From the NCBI RefSeq assembly GCF_009914755.1, contig NC_060926.1: DNA of 64,000 bases; one strand, 5' to 3'. Shown here one piece after another: positions 1 through 13,229 of this stretch. The DNA is from the human T2T-CHM13v2.0 reference genome, Homo sapiens. Under the pieces are notes generated by a model. That model had not been told where the DNA came from. It saw only the letters and a program-made list of their open reading frames with translations, and did not search any database. A program made the translations under genes and the position numbers. Within the stretch, counting starts at the first letter, position 1. Each line of letters opens with the position of its first letter.

Positions 1-136
1 TCTTCTTCTCTGTTATGATCCAACATTCAAGTTACATTGTATAATATTTAGGGATATGAAATGTGTGTATATTTCATTTGAACTTGCACATTTTGCTACA
101 CTGAGTTAATAGCATCACTGATAAGGATTTTACATC

Positions 137-255
137 AATCATTCAGAAATATTTACTTAGTTGCTGATACGTATAAGGCTGGGAGCTAGGTCACATGCAA
201 GGATACATGTAATGCATGGTCTTCGGCTGCTTTCAGGAAACGTCTGCATTCTAGC
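137..255 (-). mobile_element. L2 3' fragment, degenerate
   Basis: cattcagaaatatttacttagttgctgatacgt...gctagg resembles the reverse of the L2 3' end. Confidence 0.5.
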
Positions 256-303
256 ACAAGTAAACTTATGGCTTTGAGATGCTGCCCCACAGAAAGGAGA
301 CTA

Positions 304-731
304 CAGTGGATCCTTGAACAATATGGAGATTAGAGGTGTCAATCCCTACACCGTCAAAAATTTGTATAGAACTTTGACTCCCCCAAAACTTATCTATTAA
401 TAGCCTACTCTTAACTTGAAGCCGATTGGTAACATAAATAGTTGATTAATGTATTTCATGTTACATGACTTATTCTGTTTTCTTATAATAAAGTAAGCTA
501 GAGAAAAGAAAATGTTATTAAAATCACAAAGAAGAGAAAACATATTTACTATTTAGTAAGTGGAAATGGATCTTATAAAAGTCTTTATCCTTGTTGTCTT
601 CACATTGAGTAGGCTGAGGAGGAGGAAGAGAAGGGGTTGGTGTTGCTGTCTCAGGGGTGGCAAATGAGGGAGAGAATTCACATGCAAGTGGATCTGCCTA
701 TTTAAAACCAGTGTTGTTCAAAGGTCAACTG
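304..731. mobile_element. Tigger2a/MER28 (TcMar-Tigger) non-autonomous DNA transposon, complete
   Basis: TIRs cagtggatccttgaacaa ... ttgttcaaaggtcaactg; TA duplications at 302-303 and 732-733; internal match to recalled Tigger2a (aataaagtaagctagagaaaagaaaatgttatt; gagtaggctgaggaggaggaagag). Confidence 0.9.
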
Positions 732-2952
732 TATTTGCTACGTTGCATGACTTGTTGTGCAGACATTGACCTGAACTTTGCTTCTGTTATAGCATCTTCA
801 CCCACTGTGACATTTGCTGGTAGTTGGTTCCTCTCCGTGTACTGCCCACTTCCATTTATCTTTGGATGTTCAGCAGAGTGCATTGCACATGCAATAACTT
901 TGTGAATGACTGATGGAGGAAATGCATGTCTAAGTATTCTTCAAGGGCCGCTTTCCCCTAGTTCTGATCTAATACTGTTTGTGTAGAGTCCTGTTAAATT
1001 CTAGTGCAGCATGATCTCTGTCAGATATTAAATTCATGGTTTTGTCTCCATTCCAGAAAGAGGTGTCAAGGGTTTTTCTGGTCTGCCTTTACGTAGAATT
1101 ACTTTATCTCACCTATCCTTCCTTCTTCCCCACCCCAAGGTAAACAAGCTTATGTTTCACAGTTTATTCTCCCTTGGAGAAATCAAGCTCTACTGTTCAT
1201 AGACCACGATGACCTGAACTGTTTTGGATGTCATGACCCACGGGGAGCAGTGTGTGGATCTTGAGAAGGATGGAGGAAAGAAAGGTGATTGGAGCTGCAC
1301 TCCTCACTGGGGCAAGACTGCTGAGGCCATCTGGTTTTGAACCTGGTTTGTAACCTAGGGCGTCTGGAGGGGGACAGTGCTGCGGTAGCAGCACAGCCCA
1401 ATGCCCACCCTCCAGGTGATATGGGGCCTCATCCCATACTGTCTTCTAGGAACGGCTCCCTTGGCCTGTAGTTTGAGCCTCAGTTGTGTCTGTGTTTTGA
1501 AGAAGGTGACTGCTGATCTGGCCACTTCCTCCATGCTGAGCTGTGGTGCTGACCCCTGTGAATTGCTTCTGTTTACTAAGTTATAGCGTCTGCTTTATCA
1601 GTATGCTTTTCATTTATTTGAAGCTACTTCTCACCAATTTCATGTTCCATATGAGACCTTGGGGCAGGGATTTAAACCTCCTATTCTATGGGGTGAGTGA
1701 GACATAAAGGTAAATTTTGAGTTGGAGAAACATGTGGTAGATAGTAATTCCTATTAAAATAGGACCATCTCAACTCAACAGAACAAAAATACAGACTTAT
1801 TTCCTGCAGCAAAATAAACCCACATGTGAAGATGTAATCTGCTCAGGCCCCCAGATGCTCCTAACAAAGGGAGCATTAGCCTTTAGTGTCCAGATTGCCA
1901 GTGTCCATTCTGTAAATCTTTTCTCCTCTATATTTACTCTTCAGCACCTCCATATTTTCCTTATTTCTTATTCCTTTTATTGTCACATTTGCTCACAAGA
2001 AAGGGTGTAATGTTTGTTGCTGTCTGTTGATGGAGGAAACTTCAAACTGAAGCATCTCTTCTAGGGGTGCCTGTCTTTTAATAAGCACAGGATTGGTAAA
2101 CCAAAAAACTAGAACTCAACAAATGAATTAAAGTGTTGACCAGAAAGGCCTAAGACATTAGAGTCAACAGACATTCTTGGTTCTTCTGAAATCTGAAGTG
2201 TGAGGACTTATCCGCCCCACCTTAATGGTTTGGAACATCACTGGTGACAGCCATCTTGTTTAAAGCTTTTATTTGTATCAAAGTATATTTCACAGGAGTT
2301 TATGGTAAGTATCACCCATGATTCCAACCTCCAAACTAAAGAATGGGACTTGAAGTGAATCTTTCTGGAAATGGCAGTTATAAATCTCCCCCCTCCTCTT
2401 TGTCAGCATGCCCAGTGGTGGGAACTGAAGCCTGAGAGGTTCCCAACATTTCAACCTGATGTTTATGTTTGAACCCATCTTGACGTCATGAAAATCCACA
2501 CTTCTTTTGGTTAGGAGGGACTGAGCAGCCTTGCTGCTGGCTTATACTTGAGTCTTCTCATATTAGGGACATTCAGTGGTACAAGGAGAGGAAAGCAGGG
2601 AAAATTGGGAGGAGAAATCCCTAACCTAATGTCTTCATCAACCCCTTTTGCTCACTGGGACCAGCCACCATAAAAAGTCTGTTCCTTTCTGCTTTGTGGA
2701 ATGTCTCCAGGATGGTCAAGGGGAACCTGTTTATTCCATCCATTTTGTCTGTGTTCACAGACTTGGCTGAGGATTTAGTTCTTGCTGTTCATAGCCGTCC
2801 CAGTTGGACCTGAAGCTTCCAAGAGTGCCTTTATGAATGAAGAATTCAATTACCCACATACCCCAGCCCCAGCAACCAGACCCTCAGCCTGGATAGAAAC
2901 CTGGATCGCCACTTAATGCAAACAGAGAGGTCAGGAAGCAGAGTAGGGTAGT

Positions 2953-3487
2953 TGTATTAGTTTTTTTTTTTCTTCATAGCATACAAATTTAACAGCTTAA
3001 AACAAAAGAAACCTAATATCTCATAGTCTCCATATGTAATATTCTGGGCTTGGGTTAACTTGATCCTTTGCTCAGGGTCTCAATTGACTTAAATCAAGGT
3101 GTTTTCTGGGGCTGCAATATTATTTTAGTGTCTCATCTGAGGGCCCTCTTCCAGGCTCACTAGTAGTCCAAAGAATTCAATTCCTTGTGGCTGTAGGAGT
3201 CAAGGCTGCTTGCTCCTTCAAGACCAGTAGCTGAATCTCTCTGACTTCCGTGAAGAACTCAGCCTTTCTTTCAAAGGGCTCACTTAATTGGGTTAGGTCC
3301 ACCCATGATAATCTCCCTTGTGGTTAACTTTGCAAAATTTCTTTTGTCTTATAATGTAACATAATCACAGAGTGACGTTCCATCTTATTAACAAATCCTG
3401 CTCATACTCATGGAAAGGGCTTATAGAAGATGTGCACATCAGGGAATGATGGCAATCTTAGGGGCCATCTTAGAATTCTGCCTACCA
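2953..3487 (-). mobile_element. MLT1E-family MaLR solo LTR
   Basis: Begins tgtattagttt and ends ggggccatcttagaattctgcctacca (reverse of MLT1E 5' TGGTAGGCAGAATTCTAAGATGGCCCC). Confidence 0.8.
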
Positions 3488-3499
3488 AAATAACGAAAA

Positions 3500-3715
3500 T
3501 AGCATGATCCTGGGAGACAGACCGTGCTGGGTTTCATTCCTGTTCTTGGCTTTTACTGTCTTATCAGGTAATATTGGGATCTGATACTTCATCTGTCAAA
3601 TGAGGCTGATAATGGCTACTGTGCAGTCTTACTATACAGATTTAAGGTAATGTGTATAAAGATCTAGCATGCTGCCAGCCACACGGTGAGCCCTCCGTAG
3701 TAGTGATACTATGAT
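3500..3715 (+). mobile_element. MIR SINE
   Basis: Core cttcatctgtcaaatgaggctgataat; 3' part taatgtgtataaagatctagcatg. Confidence 0.65.
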
Positions 3716-4344
3716 AAGAGGAGAAGATGCCAGACTTGGCTAAGGAGGGAGAGGTGGGGTATGTGCAGCTGCAGTAATGCTGATATGTTATGGGCCTAAT
3801 TATTGCTGAAAAACTTTTGAAGGATTTTGAAATATTGAGGAACATCTGCAAGTCCATGTAAAGAGTGGGGATATGTCAAGTGATAACTGGGTAGTTTCAC
3901 ATTTATTTTTATGTTTCCAATTAGTTCAGCCTCAACTACAAAATTCAAACAAAGAAGATGTAAAAATCTGGCCCAGACCATGCATCTGATTATAGGGGTA
4001 GGTAGAATGAAAGTGATTTCTTTACTTTTATAAATAAGTTTGATTTTTCTATTTATAAAAGTAATATATGCAAATTATAGAATTCAGGGACCACATGTAA
4101 ATATAAAGAAGACAACCACTATTAACATTTGGTTTATTTCTTTCCAGTGTTTTCTTCTTGCACAGCTCATGTCATATTATTGGTACCTTTCTATACCTAT
4201 AATTACAGATCATTCTTAATCATCTTAACATTAGATCATAGACAGATTTCTCTGTTTTTGGACAATTTTTAAATTAAAACCATCATTTTAAATGTCTGCA
4301 CCCTTCAGAGGTTGCAGTTTTATGTTAGCCTGTGTGATTATTTG

Positions 4345-4500
4345 ATTAATGTCTTTCTTCCTCAATTGGAATATAAATTCCATAAGGAAAAGAACCAGGT
4401 CTCTTTTGCATTATTGTTGTATCCCCAGCAGCTAATAGTGCCTGGCACACGATAGGTAAACAATAAATATTTGTTGAAAGGCTGAAAGAATAAATAAATG
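4345..4500 (+). mobile_element. L2 3' end
   Basis: gtatccccagcagctaatagtgcctggcacacgataggtaaacaataaatatttgttgaa. Confidence 0.8.
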
Positions 4501-4995
4501 GCTACATCTTGTGGATGTGCTATAATTTACTTTCTGCTCTCTTGTTTTTAACATTTTTTCATTACTATAAATGAAACTGCAGTGGGCATTGCACATAAAT
4601 CATTTTCCATGTGTAAATTGGTTGCTTCTCTCCTCAGTTTAGAGTGCAAATTGCATGCTGCAGTTCCCAAAATGCAATTTATGAGTATCCACACATGAAT
4701 ACCGGCAGAAAATACAGAGGACTGGTCTGTTCTTGTACAAGTGACCAACCTCTCTTCCTACAGGGGTTAAAAAATAGGTAAGTGTGTGTACTTTTTTCGA
4801 TGACAGGAGCCCAGTCTCATTGGATTCCTTTGGGTTATGGATTATAACAGAGAACATACTGGCTGTTGATTAATAATTGAATTTGACAAGTAAGACCCGA
4901 AATGGGTAAAGGTCGAAATTGTCCCCTGCTTTCCTTCTGACCTCTGTCCTTGGGTGGCATTTGATCTAGCAAAAAAGATGCTTTTATAATGAGAC

Positions 4996-5601
4996 TACAG
5001 TAGGCAAAATTCTGAAAATGGACCCCAAGATTTTATACTTTAATATCCAAAACCCATGCAGATAATGAGCTAGTACTCCCATGATTATGTCAGGTTAGAT
5101 ATCACAGTTGACTTTAGGATAAGATGATTATCTGGGTGGGCCAGATCTAACCAAGTGAACTCCTTTGAAAGCAGAGAGTTTTTCTCCAGCTAATGGCAGA
5201 AGAAGTCAGAGAGATTTGAAGCACAAGGGGAATTTGATGTGCTGCTGCAGGCTTGGAGATGTGAAGATGGAGGGACTGTGTGAGAAGGAATGCAGTGGCA
5301 TGCAGGGGCTGAGAGAGGCCTCTGGCTGACAACCAATGAGGAAATGGAGATCTCAGTCTTACAACTGTGAGGAACTGAATTCTGCCAACACGCTGAATGA
5401 GCTTGGAAGCAGTTTCTCTCCACAATGTCTAGATGAGGGTCCAGCCTGGCCAGCAACTTGCTTTAAACCTCGTGATAGCCTGAGCAAGAGAATATAGTCA
5501 TGCTGATGTCTGACCTATAGAACTGTAAGCTGGTGAATGGATGTTGTTTTAAGCTGCTCAGTTTGTGGCGATTTGCTCCACAGCAATAGAAAACTATCAC
5601 A
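4996..5601 (+). mobile_element. MLT1E-family MaLR solo LTR
   Basis: Starts gtaggcaaaattctgaaaatggaccccaaga; internal gaactgaattctgccaaca; ends gcaatagaaaactatcaca. Confidence 0.85.
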
Positions 5602-6809
5602 AGTACCTACCCTAATGTTAAATCCAGTGAAGCAGGCTCTCAGTTGTGTAAACTCTTATAGCTACTAGTTCTATATCAAAATTATCCAGGAATCTGGCTT
5701 CTAGGTCTTAATTCTTAGAGCTTTACAATATAACTTACCATTTTACAGGAAAAAATTCCTGATTGCTATTTTCTTGAGGTATCTCCAATTACTAACTATG
5801 AAGACTTTTAGCTACTACAGTCTCCTGCAATGCCCAGAGAGGACGCATTCAAAATCAGAAGAAAGTATTTGAAACCAGGCCTTGGAATTACTTCTTTAAA
5901 AATGGAACATTGAAGTGGTTATGCAACCCACCGGCAGATAACAATTATAAAAACTGTATAAAATAAAACAGGAAATGCTGGAAAGCACCCAAAAGCAGAG
6001 AGAAGCTAAGGGAGAATTTGACCCCCAAAAAAGAAAAACAAACAAACAAACAAAACCAAAGCTGTACAACCTGAAGAACAGGAAGAGACAAGAATTTTGA
6101 GTTCAGGGCTTCCTTGGCTGATGGCATTGCTCACGGCTACGGCTCTTTCCTCTACCGTCTTAGAAGCTAATATGCTTAAAGACTAAAGGAATGAAGCTGA
6201 AAATTGTAAAGAGGAATCATGAAGGATATGAACCACAAAAAAAGAAGAAATTAGAGCATTAACTGCCCAGATCTGTGGCTGACAACTAACTAAACATGCC
6301 CTGAGGGAGCCTTTCAGGAAGCATGGCAGAAAAGGAGTCAGAGACCAGAGATAAATCTGCTCTTGAAAGATAAAGCTATGGAGAGCCAGATCTGTGAATT
6401 TCATGCTTTTCTTAATTTAATACGTCTCCCAGCTGCTCACAGCTTGGGAGGCAGAAATACTAAAGGGTCAGAGAACAGAGCCCAAGGCTAGAAATTTGGG
6501 CAATTCTTAGAAGCAAGGAAACTACAGAGGGATGAACTCTATTTCTACCCAAATCCTTGGCTGACAGCCAAATTTGATAGGCACAGGAGAGAACTAGGAG
6601 GTTCAGAATGAAAAATCAGCAATAAGAGGACATAAGAATAAGAAATAAGAGCTGTATACCAAGGGAAAGGAAATATTGGTGGTTATATTCCAGGCAACTT
6701 ATGCTGCCTAATAGAACAGAAATCTAACAATTTTTATTAACACATGGCAGAATCCAAGTTGCTATCCTGTATTATCTGTGATGTCTACTTTTCAACCAAA
6801 ACTACTAGA

Positions 6810-7055
6810 TGTGTCCTATTGCTGTACAACAAATTACTTCAAAACTTAGCAGTTTAAACAACAACAAACACCTATTTTTAAAAATCACATTTATTTTCTG
6901 AGAATCAGTATCTTAAAGAGGCTTAGCTGTGTAGTTCTAGCTCAGAGTCTCATAACATTGCCATCAAAATGTTTACTGGGGCTGCAGTCATCTGAAGGCA
7001 TGACTGGTGCTGCAAAAACCACTTCCAAACTCAGTTATATGGTTGTTGGCATGCA
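6810..7055 (-). mobile_element. MLT-family LTR fragment
   Basis: caaaacttagcagtttaaaca...ggggctgcagtcatctgaaggcatgactgg...acttccaaactca. Confidence 0.6.
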
Positions 7056-7368
7056 TTCTCCAGTTTCATTTAATCTCCAGTTTCCTCCAATGGTGGTAGG
7101 CTTGGACAATAAAGGGCAAGTTCTGTACAAAGCCCAGACATGGAATATGCAAGATCAGAGCCTAAGTTAGTTGTGAACATCAGGGTGCCTCTGTTTACTT
7201 CTTTATAACACTTTAAATTGTGTGTTTTAATGGAGATGAAATTAATATAATATGGGAATAAAATTAGATTACTATAATACAAAAATACACATATATGTAT
7301 GTATATTTATATGTATGTGTGTGTAACATTAGTTGGGATTATGGAATGTTATAATGTTAAGGGTTTTA

Positions 7369-7733
<365 letters not shown>

Positions 7734-7894
7734 TTAGAAAATCAGTTTGTGAGTCATATAGTTTAATTTTGTAATTTGAATTCCCATAGTTCTGGCACTT
7801 AAATTTCTTGAGTCTGAGGTTATGATCTCTGAGTTTACCTCAGAGATCAAGTTCTTAAGAAACTACCCCCAATATATTTAGAGGAGAAGAAGGC

Positions 7895-8070
7895 CTCTGC
7901 TATTTACTGTATGCATGTATATAACTTTGCCGAGTCCTGGTTTCCACCTCTGTAATATTAGAATAATAGTATCCACTTATAAAATTGATAGGGAGTTTTA
8001 GTGAGATATCATGGGAAATAGCTGTGCATGTGGAACATGCCAGACTGTACAAGGAAAAGGTTCAATTAAG
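7895..8070 (+). mobile_element. MIR SINE
   Basis: ggtttccacctctgtaatattagaataatagtatcc core-like segment. Confidence 0.55.
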
Positions 8071-9529
8071 GCTAGTCTTGTTTCTCAGCCTCCATATCCT
8101 TCTCACGGTATTTGCTTCTCAGTATAATTTTTCTTGTTTCTCTATGTTGCACAGTAATATGAAATGTTTTAGGACCATATCTGATCCTATTATTCCACAT
8201 CTATCTCAATTATGCATTCTTGAGGTTACCCAGAACCCCTCTCTTAGGAAATGGTGGCATTAATGGGATTTTAAATAAAGTATGAAATATTTATTCAGTG
8301 GGGGTATTTAAAGCAATTTCCAACAGAAGCAGAATGAATGTTTATTAATTAACTTCTAAAAATAGTGGCTTTTCCATGTGGTACCGCTAGTTCTCATTAC
8401 TGCATTCTTGGTATTGCATACCTAATCCCTGAAAATATTGATGCGATCGGACTTAACTGTCTTTTCTTATTTCTCATCACCAATGACATTAGGTTTGATT
8501 ACAATCAGGCCGGATTGTCCACTCCCAACCCCTGCGGAGATCGCTTCCATTCTGTGTCACTTCTTAATTTCCTAAATCACATTGTCTCTCGTTTCCTTAC
8601 GTGAGTGAGGCACAGGCCACTAGAAGCTTAGGAAACATGTATTTTTTTCATAAAAAGACCATTCATTTTTTCCCTTTGGACAATGCTTTTTTCTTCCTCT
8701 AGCCTTTCTCATTTGCATACACATGCAACCACCAAGGTATGCACAGAGAGTCTCTGTCCTCTGATCTCCCCCCAAAAAAACGTATGAGAAGAAAACACAG
8801 GGCAAGTGCCATGAACAAATTTGAAATTTAGCAAGAAAGACAAGAAATGAAGCAGTTGGTTCCCAATAGCCCTTCCCTACCTTGATAATGTGAACGTGAA
8901 TAAAAGAAATAAACATGCTATTAGAAAATGGATATGCCCTCCCTGTTACCCAGAGTCCTAAAGAAATGAAAACTCAACTTTGAGGCTGAGTTTAGATTAT
9001 CTTCAAGCTTGTCTTCCTCTTGTTTCCTTTTTCCTTTGCATCTTTGAGAAGGAGTGATTTGTGGTTGTAAATAGTTGTCATAACATCAGAATGGCTCTGA
9101 CAAATTTGTCTTCAAAATAGGATCCCTCTTCACCTCCCCACCTGGACTGACAGTTAAGCCTCAAGTTGCCCCTTGTATCCTGACACCTCAGCTCAAGACA
9201 ACTCATTTCCTGGAGGGAATACAACCAGAAGATATTGATTCTGCCTGGGGCAGGCCAGCTGGCCCCATGATCCAGGGTGTCAACAAAATGACATTTACCC
9301 AGGGGACTTTGCCAGAGCTCATAATCTAACTTCCAGCCATGCAGGCTTAGAGAGTAGCTTTTGTCTCCACACTAGGAGTGGGTGGAATCACAATAGCCAA
9401 CCTGTAGAAAATGATGGATGAGCTGCAAATGGAAAACGTTCATGGGTAAAAGGGAAACTTAATTAAAAGGGAAAGTGTTGAATTTCAAGGATGAAGAAAG
9501 AATTATAAAAGCATCACAGCATTAAAACA

Positions 9530-11920
9530 ATAATAACAATCAACCAGCCAACAATAAAAACAAATATCTAAGAAGGAAAATAAAAATCTGGACGGCCCTC
9601 AGACTTCTTTGCAATGTTAGATGCCAGAAGATAATGAAGCAATGATTACAGTAACGAAGCAATGATTACAACAGCATGATGGAAAAGGTTATGCCTCCAC
9701 CTTCTATCTTTAGCCAAACTGTCATTCATCTGAAAACAACAAAAAAGAATGCATGAATATGAAAGGACTCAGAAATAAAGCACTTAGGCATGTTTCTTAA
9801 AAACAAAAATTTTTTTTAATATTTTTTTAAGAAGGAAGAAAATAAATCAACTATTCAAAATAAATAAAAAAGAACAGCAAATCAAATATTAGGTTGTGGT
9901 GAAAGTAACTTTTGCACCAGCCTAATACATAGAGATAGAAGGAAAGAATTAATACAGATTAAAGCCCAGTTTTATAAATTAGAAAACAAAAAAGAATACA
10001 ATTTATATTTAATTGCAAGAGTGTATTTTGTGAGAAAATAGATAAAATATTAAGTGATTCGAAGAGCTAAAAATGCAAAATTGACAATGCAATAAACATA
10101 TTACATCAATTATATGAAAATACTTTGTACAATTCTAGGCTAATTATCTTCAAAGTATCATTTGAATATATATATATATATTTTGTCAGATTACTAAAAT
10201 TGGTAGAAATAAGATAGAAGATATCACTATATAAATATCTTTTAAAAAATCAAAATCTTGTCTGAAGAATTAGCTCCAAGAAAGGTGTTAGTTTAGATGG
10301 TTTCCTAACTGTTTTGTGGTCCTTCAGGGGATAGATAAAGGATGTTGATTATCTAACTTTACAGAGCACAGGAAAGGAAGTCCTTTGCAATAATTCTAAT
10401 TATTTTTATATGGGTAGTGTAAGTCTGGTAGCCCAAACTTGAAAAAGTTGGCATACAATAAAAAACAGATATCTGACTAATTTTTTATTTATATATGAAG
10501 TAAAGATCTTTAATAATATATTAGAAAATCAAATCCAGGAGTATATTCAATGAATAATTCACCATGACTAAGTGGGATTTATTCCAGCAAAGAAGGGATG
10601 GCACAACATTGAGAAATCTATTAATATAATTCATGATATTAAGAGGTTAAAGAGGAAAACATTATTTCACAGTTGTCAAATATGTATTTGATAAAATTTA
10701 AGATTATGCTTTAAAAAACAAGATCTCAGTTCCTTGGAATTAGATATATCATTCCTCAACACAAGGGGCATGGTGGGGGATCCATCTCCAGCCAACGTCA
10801 GTTCCTGGCTCGCCAAAGATACACTGGATTAGATGAGGTCAGATGAAATAAAACAATAATACCTACTGTCATCCCTACTATGTAAGATGATTTTGGAAGT
10901 ATTAGTTTATAAAAGTAGAGATTGAAAAATAACAAACAAAAGAGACATGATAATTGGAAAAGAAGAAGTAAGTTTATTATTTACAGGAGATATAATGAGT
11001 AACTGTCTGGGAAACCTAACACAATCACCTGAAATCAGCTATTGGAAAACCTAAGGGAAGTTCAAAAACGTTTCAATGATTGTTTTACTGTATAGCAATA
11101 ATCATTAACTAGAGAATAAATTGGAAAACAAACCTCATTTAGAGTAGTACCCAAAAGAAGGAATTACTGGGAAAAAGCTTACCACATCCTAAAGCCATAG
11201 TGTGATTCCACTATGTGGTTGGGTTCAGCTTTGGTAAAGGACAGACTGGTTACAACTTCAGATCTTCCTTTTATTAGTAGTGTGGCCAGTTAACTAACCC
11301 AAACTTGCATTCTCCTCTGTAAAACCAAGAGAATAATGTCTCACGAGAGTTTTATGAAGATCAAATGAGAAAATGTACCCAAAATTCTCAATGAAATGCT
11401 AGCACATAAGATTATTATTGAGAAAATCCCAAAACTCTCCTGGCACTTGGTAACTAAATTGATCTCAAGAAAAGCTGATTATCTGCACAAATGTGTATGC
11501 ATAAAGAATATGTACAAGTATGACCTCTGTGGGTTTTTTGTACAGAAAAATTAGAAACAATTATATGTCAACATAGGTGATTGACGGAATACATTTTATA
11601 CATCTAAAACGTGTGATATTTGTGTTGATTTAAAAATACAATATGGCAGTATATTTATTGACCAGTAAAGATTGTCATAATACATCCAGTGAAAAGATGA
11701 GCAAAAATAGAATTTATAGTCCTATTTTGGTAAAAATTCTGTATATAATCATATGTATTTAACTGAAAAATAAAAAGGACTAAGATATATGCTAAAATAT
11801 TAGTAATGATTTGCTATGGCTTATCAGATTTCTTTCCACTGATGTTTTGTTTAGAAAATTGGGGTTTTCTAACAATTCTGTAACAAATATTAATTTCTTA
11901 CATTAACAAAAAAAGTAAGA
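9530..11920 (+). mobile_element. Ancient L1M(E) fragments (ORF2 to 3' end), interrupted by a MADE1 remnant and a MIR (~11200-11420)
   Basis: Degenerate ORF2 motifs: caccatgactaagtgggatttattccagc; aaatctattaatataattcat; ggaaaagaagaagtaagtttattatttacaggagatat. Confidence 0.7.
9889..9925. mobile_element. Internally deleted MADE1 (Hsmar1-derived MITE)
   Basis: ta-ttaggttgtggtgaaagtaacttttgcaccagcctaa-ta: both MADE1 termini and TA TSDs in only 37 bp. Confidence 0.8.
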
Positions 11921-12868
11921 AACAGGTTGCTTGAGGTCCTCTCTTGCACACTGAAATCACTTGTCAAATCCTAGAGGCCAAGACCCCCTCTCTCCTGATA
12001 GAGTTTAGGTGGACAGAGCTTAGGTTGTCCACACTTATCTCTCAGTCTTTTTTTTTCTTCCAATCTATGTTCTCTGTTGGATGAAACCCTACCACCATAT
12101 GACTGACATGTTTCTTTATATATGTCAATATCTTTGGTCAAGAATTGCTTTGACTTGGGAACCGCTCTGTCTGTGATGTGATTTGTACACCTAAGCTCTC
12201 ACCATTCATTCAACAAATGTTGACCCAGCATCCAGACATTTGGCTAGGTACTCAATATGAGGTGTTTGCTGGGGGGCCTAGGGAGACCAATAGAGAGCAC
12301 GGCTCTTTCCTGAGTAGGTTCTGAACCAACGGAGAAGACAAAAGAGAGGGCAGATGGAGAAACAAAACGTGTGTGTTAGTTTCTTACATGAGGAGCAGCT
12401 CAGCTAAGGGAAGTTGGGGTCTGAAGAGCGATCTTGCTCTCCTATGTCATCGTCATTGCCTCTCACGTCCCAGTGGAGTGGGAAAGGGGATCCACATCTC
12501 CTGCGCAAGAGTGTGGCTCTGGTAGTGCCTCTTGCTTGAGAATCATGGATAAAATGCTCTCTCTGGATAACCTTTTCTGCCTCTCCTAAAGAAGATTGAG
12601 GAAACCGAGTGGAAAAAAATTAGGAGGATGATGCTAAAACTCTTTTCTCCCTGTGAAAGGAAAAGGCCAGGGCTACGGATGTCCTCTGTGTGGATGTGAC
12701 TGCAGTCTCAAAGGAAATCTGCTCCTAGATTCAAAGACATTCCCCCACTCCTAATTACTGCACTTTTCAATATCTTTTGGGACGCCTGTGGGCAGCACTG
12801 ATTTTACCCCTGGATGATGCTGAAATGGGGGAGAAGAGTATATTAATTAAATTAAATTTGAGGCTACT

Positions 12869-13229
12869 CAATAAGGTTTGGCTGTGTCCCTACCAAAATC
12901 GCATCTTGAATTGTAGCTCCATAATTCCCATGTGTCATGGGAGAGATCCCATGGGAGGTAATTGAATCATGGGGGTGAATTTTTCTTGTGCTTTTCTTAC
13001 GATAGTGAATGTCTCATGAGAACTGATGGTTTTATAAAGGGGAGTTCCCCTGCACATGCTCTCTTGCTTGCCACCATGTAAGATGCACCTTTGCTCCTCC
13101 TTTGTCTTCTGCCATGATGGTGAGGCCTCCCTAGCCATGTGGAACTGTGAGTCCATTAAACCTGTTTTCTTTGTAAATTACTCAGTCTCAGGTATGTCTT
13201 TATTAGCAGCATGAGAACTGACTAATACA
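12869..13229 (+). mobile_element. THE1B/C MaLR solo LTR
   Basis: ggtttggctgtgtccc...gccatgtggaactgtgagtccattaaacc...actaataca; 5-bp TSD ctact (12864-68, 13230-34). Confidence 0.95.

Noticed and set aside
7823-7849. Perfect 11-bp-arm hairpin tgatctctgag-tttac-ctcagagatca
   Set aside because: Too short to imply function. Likely a local template-switch scar or chance.
9631-9670. 20-bp tandem duplication taaYgaagcaatgattaca (similar small duplications near 49606-49635 and 56813-56858)
   Set aside because: Ordinary two-copy slippage duplications with no spacer structure. Not CRISPR-like.
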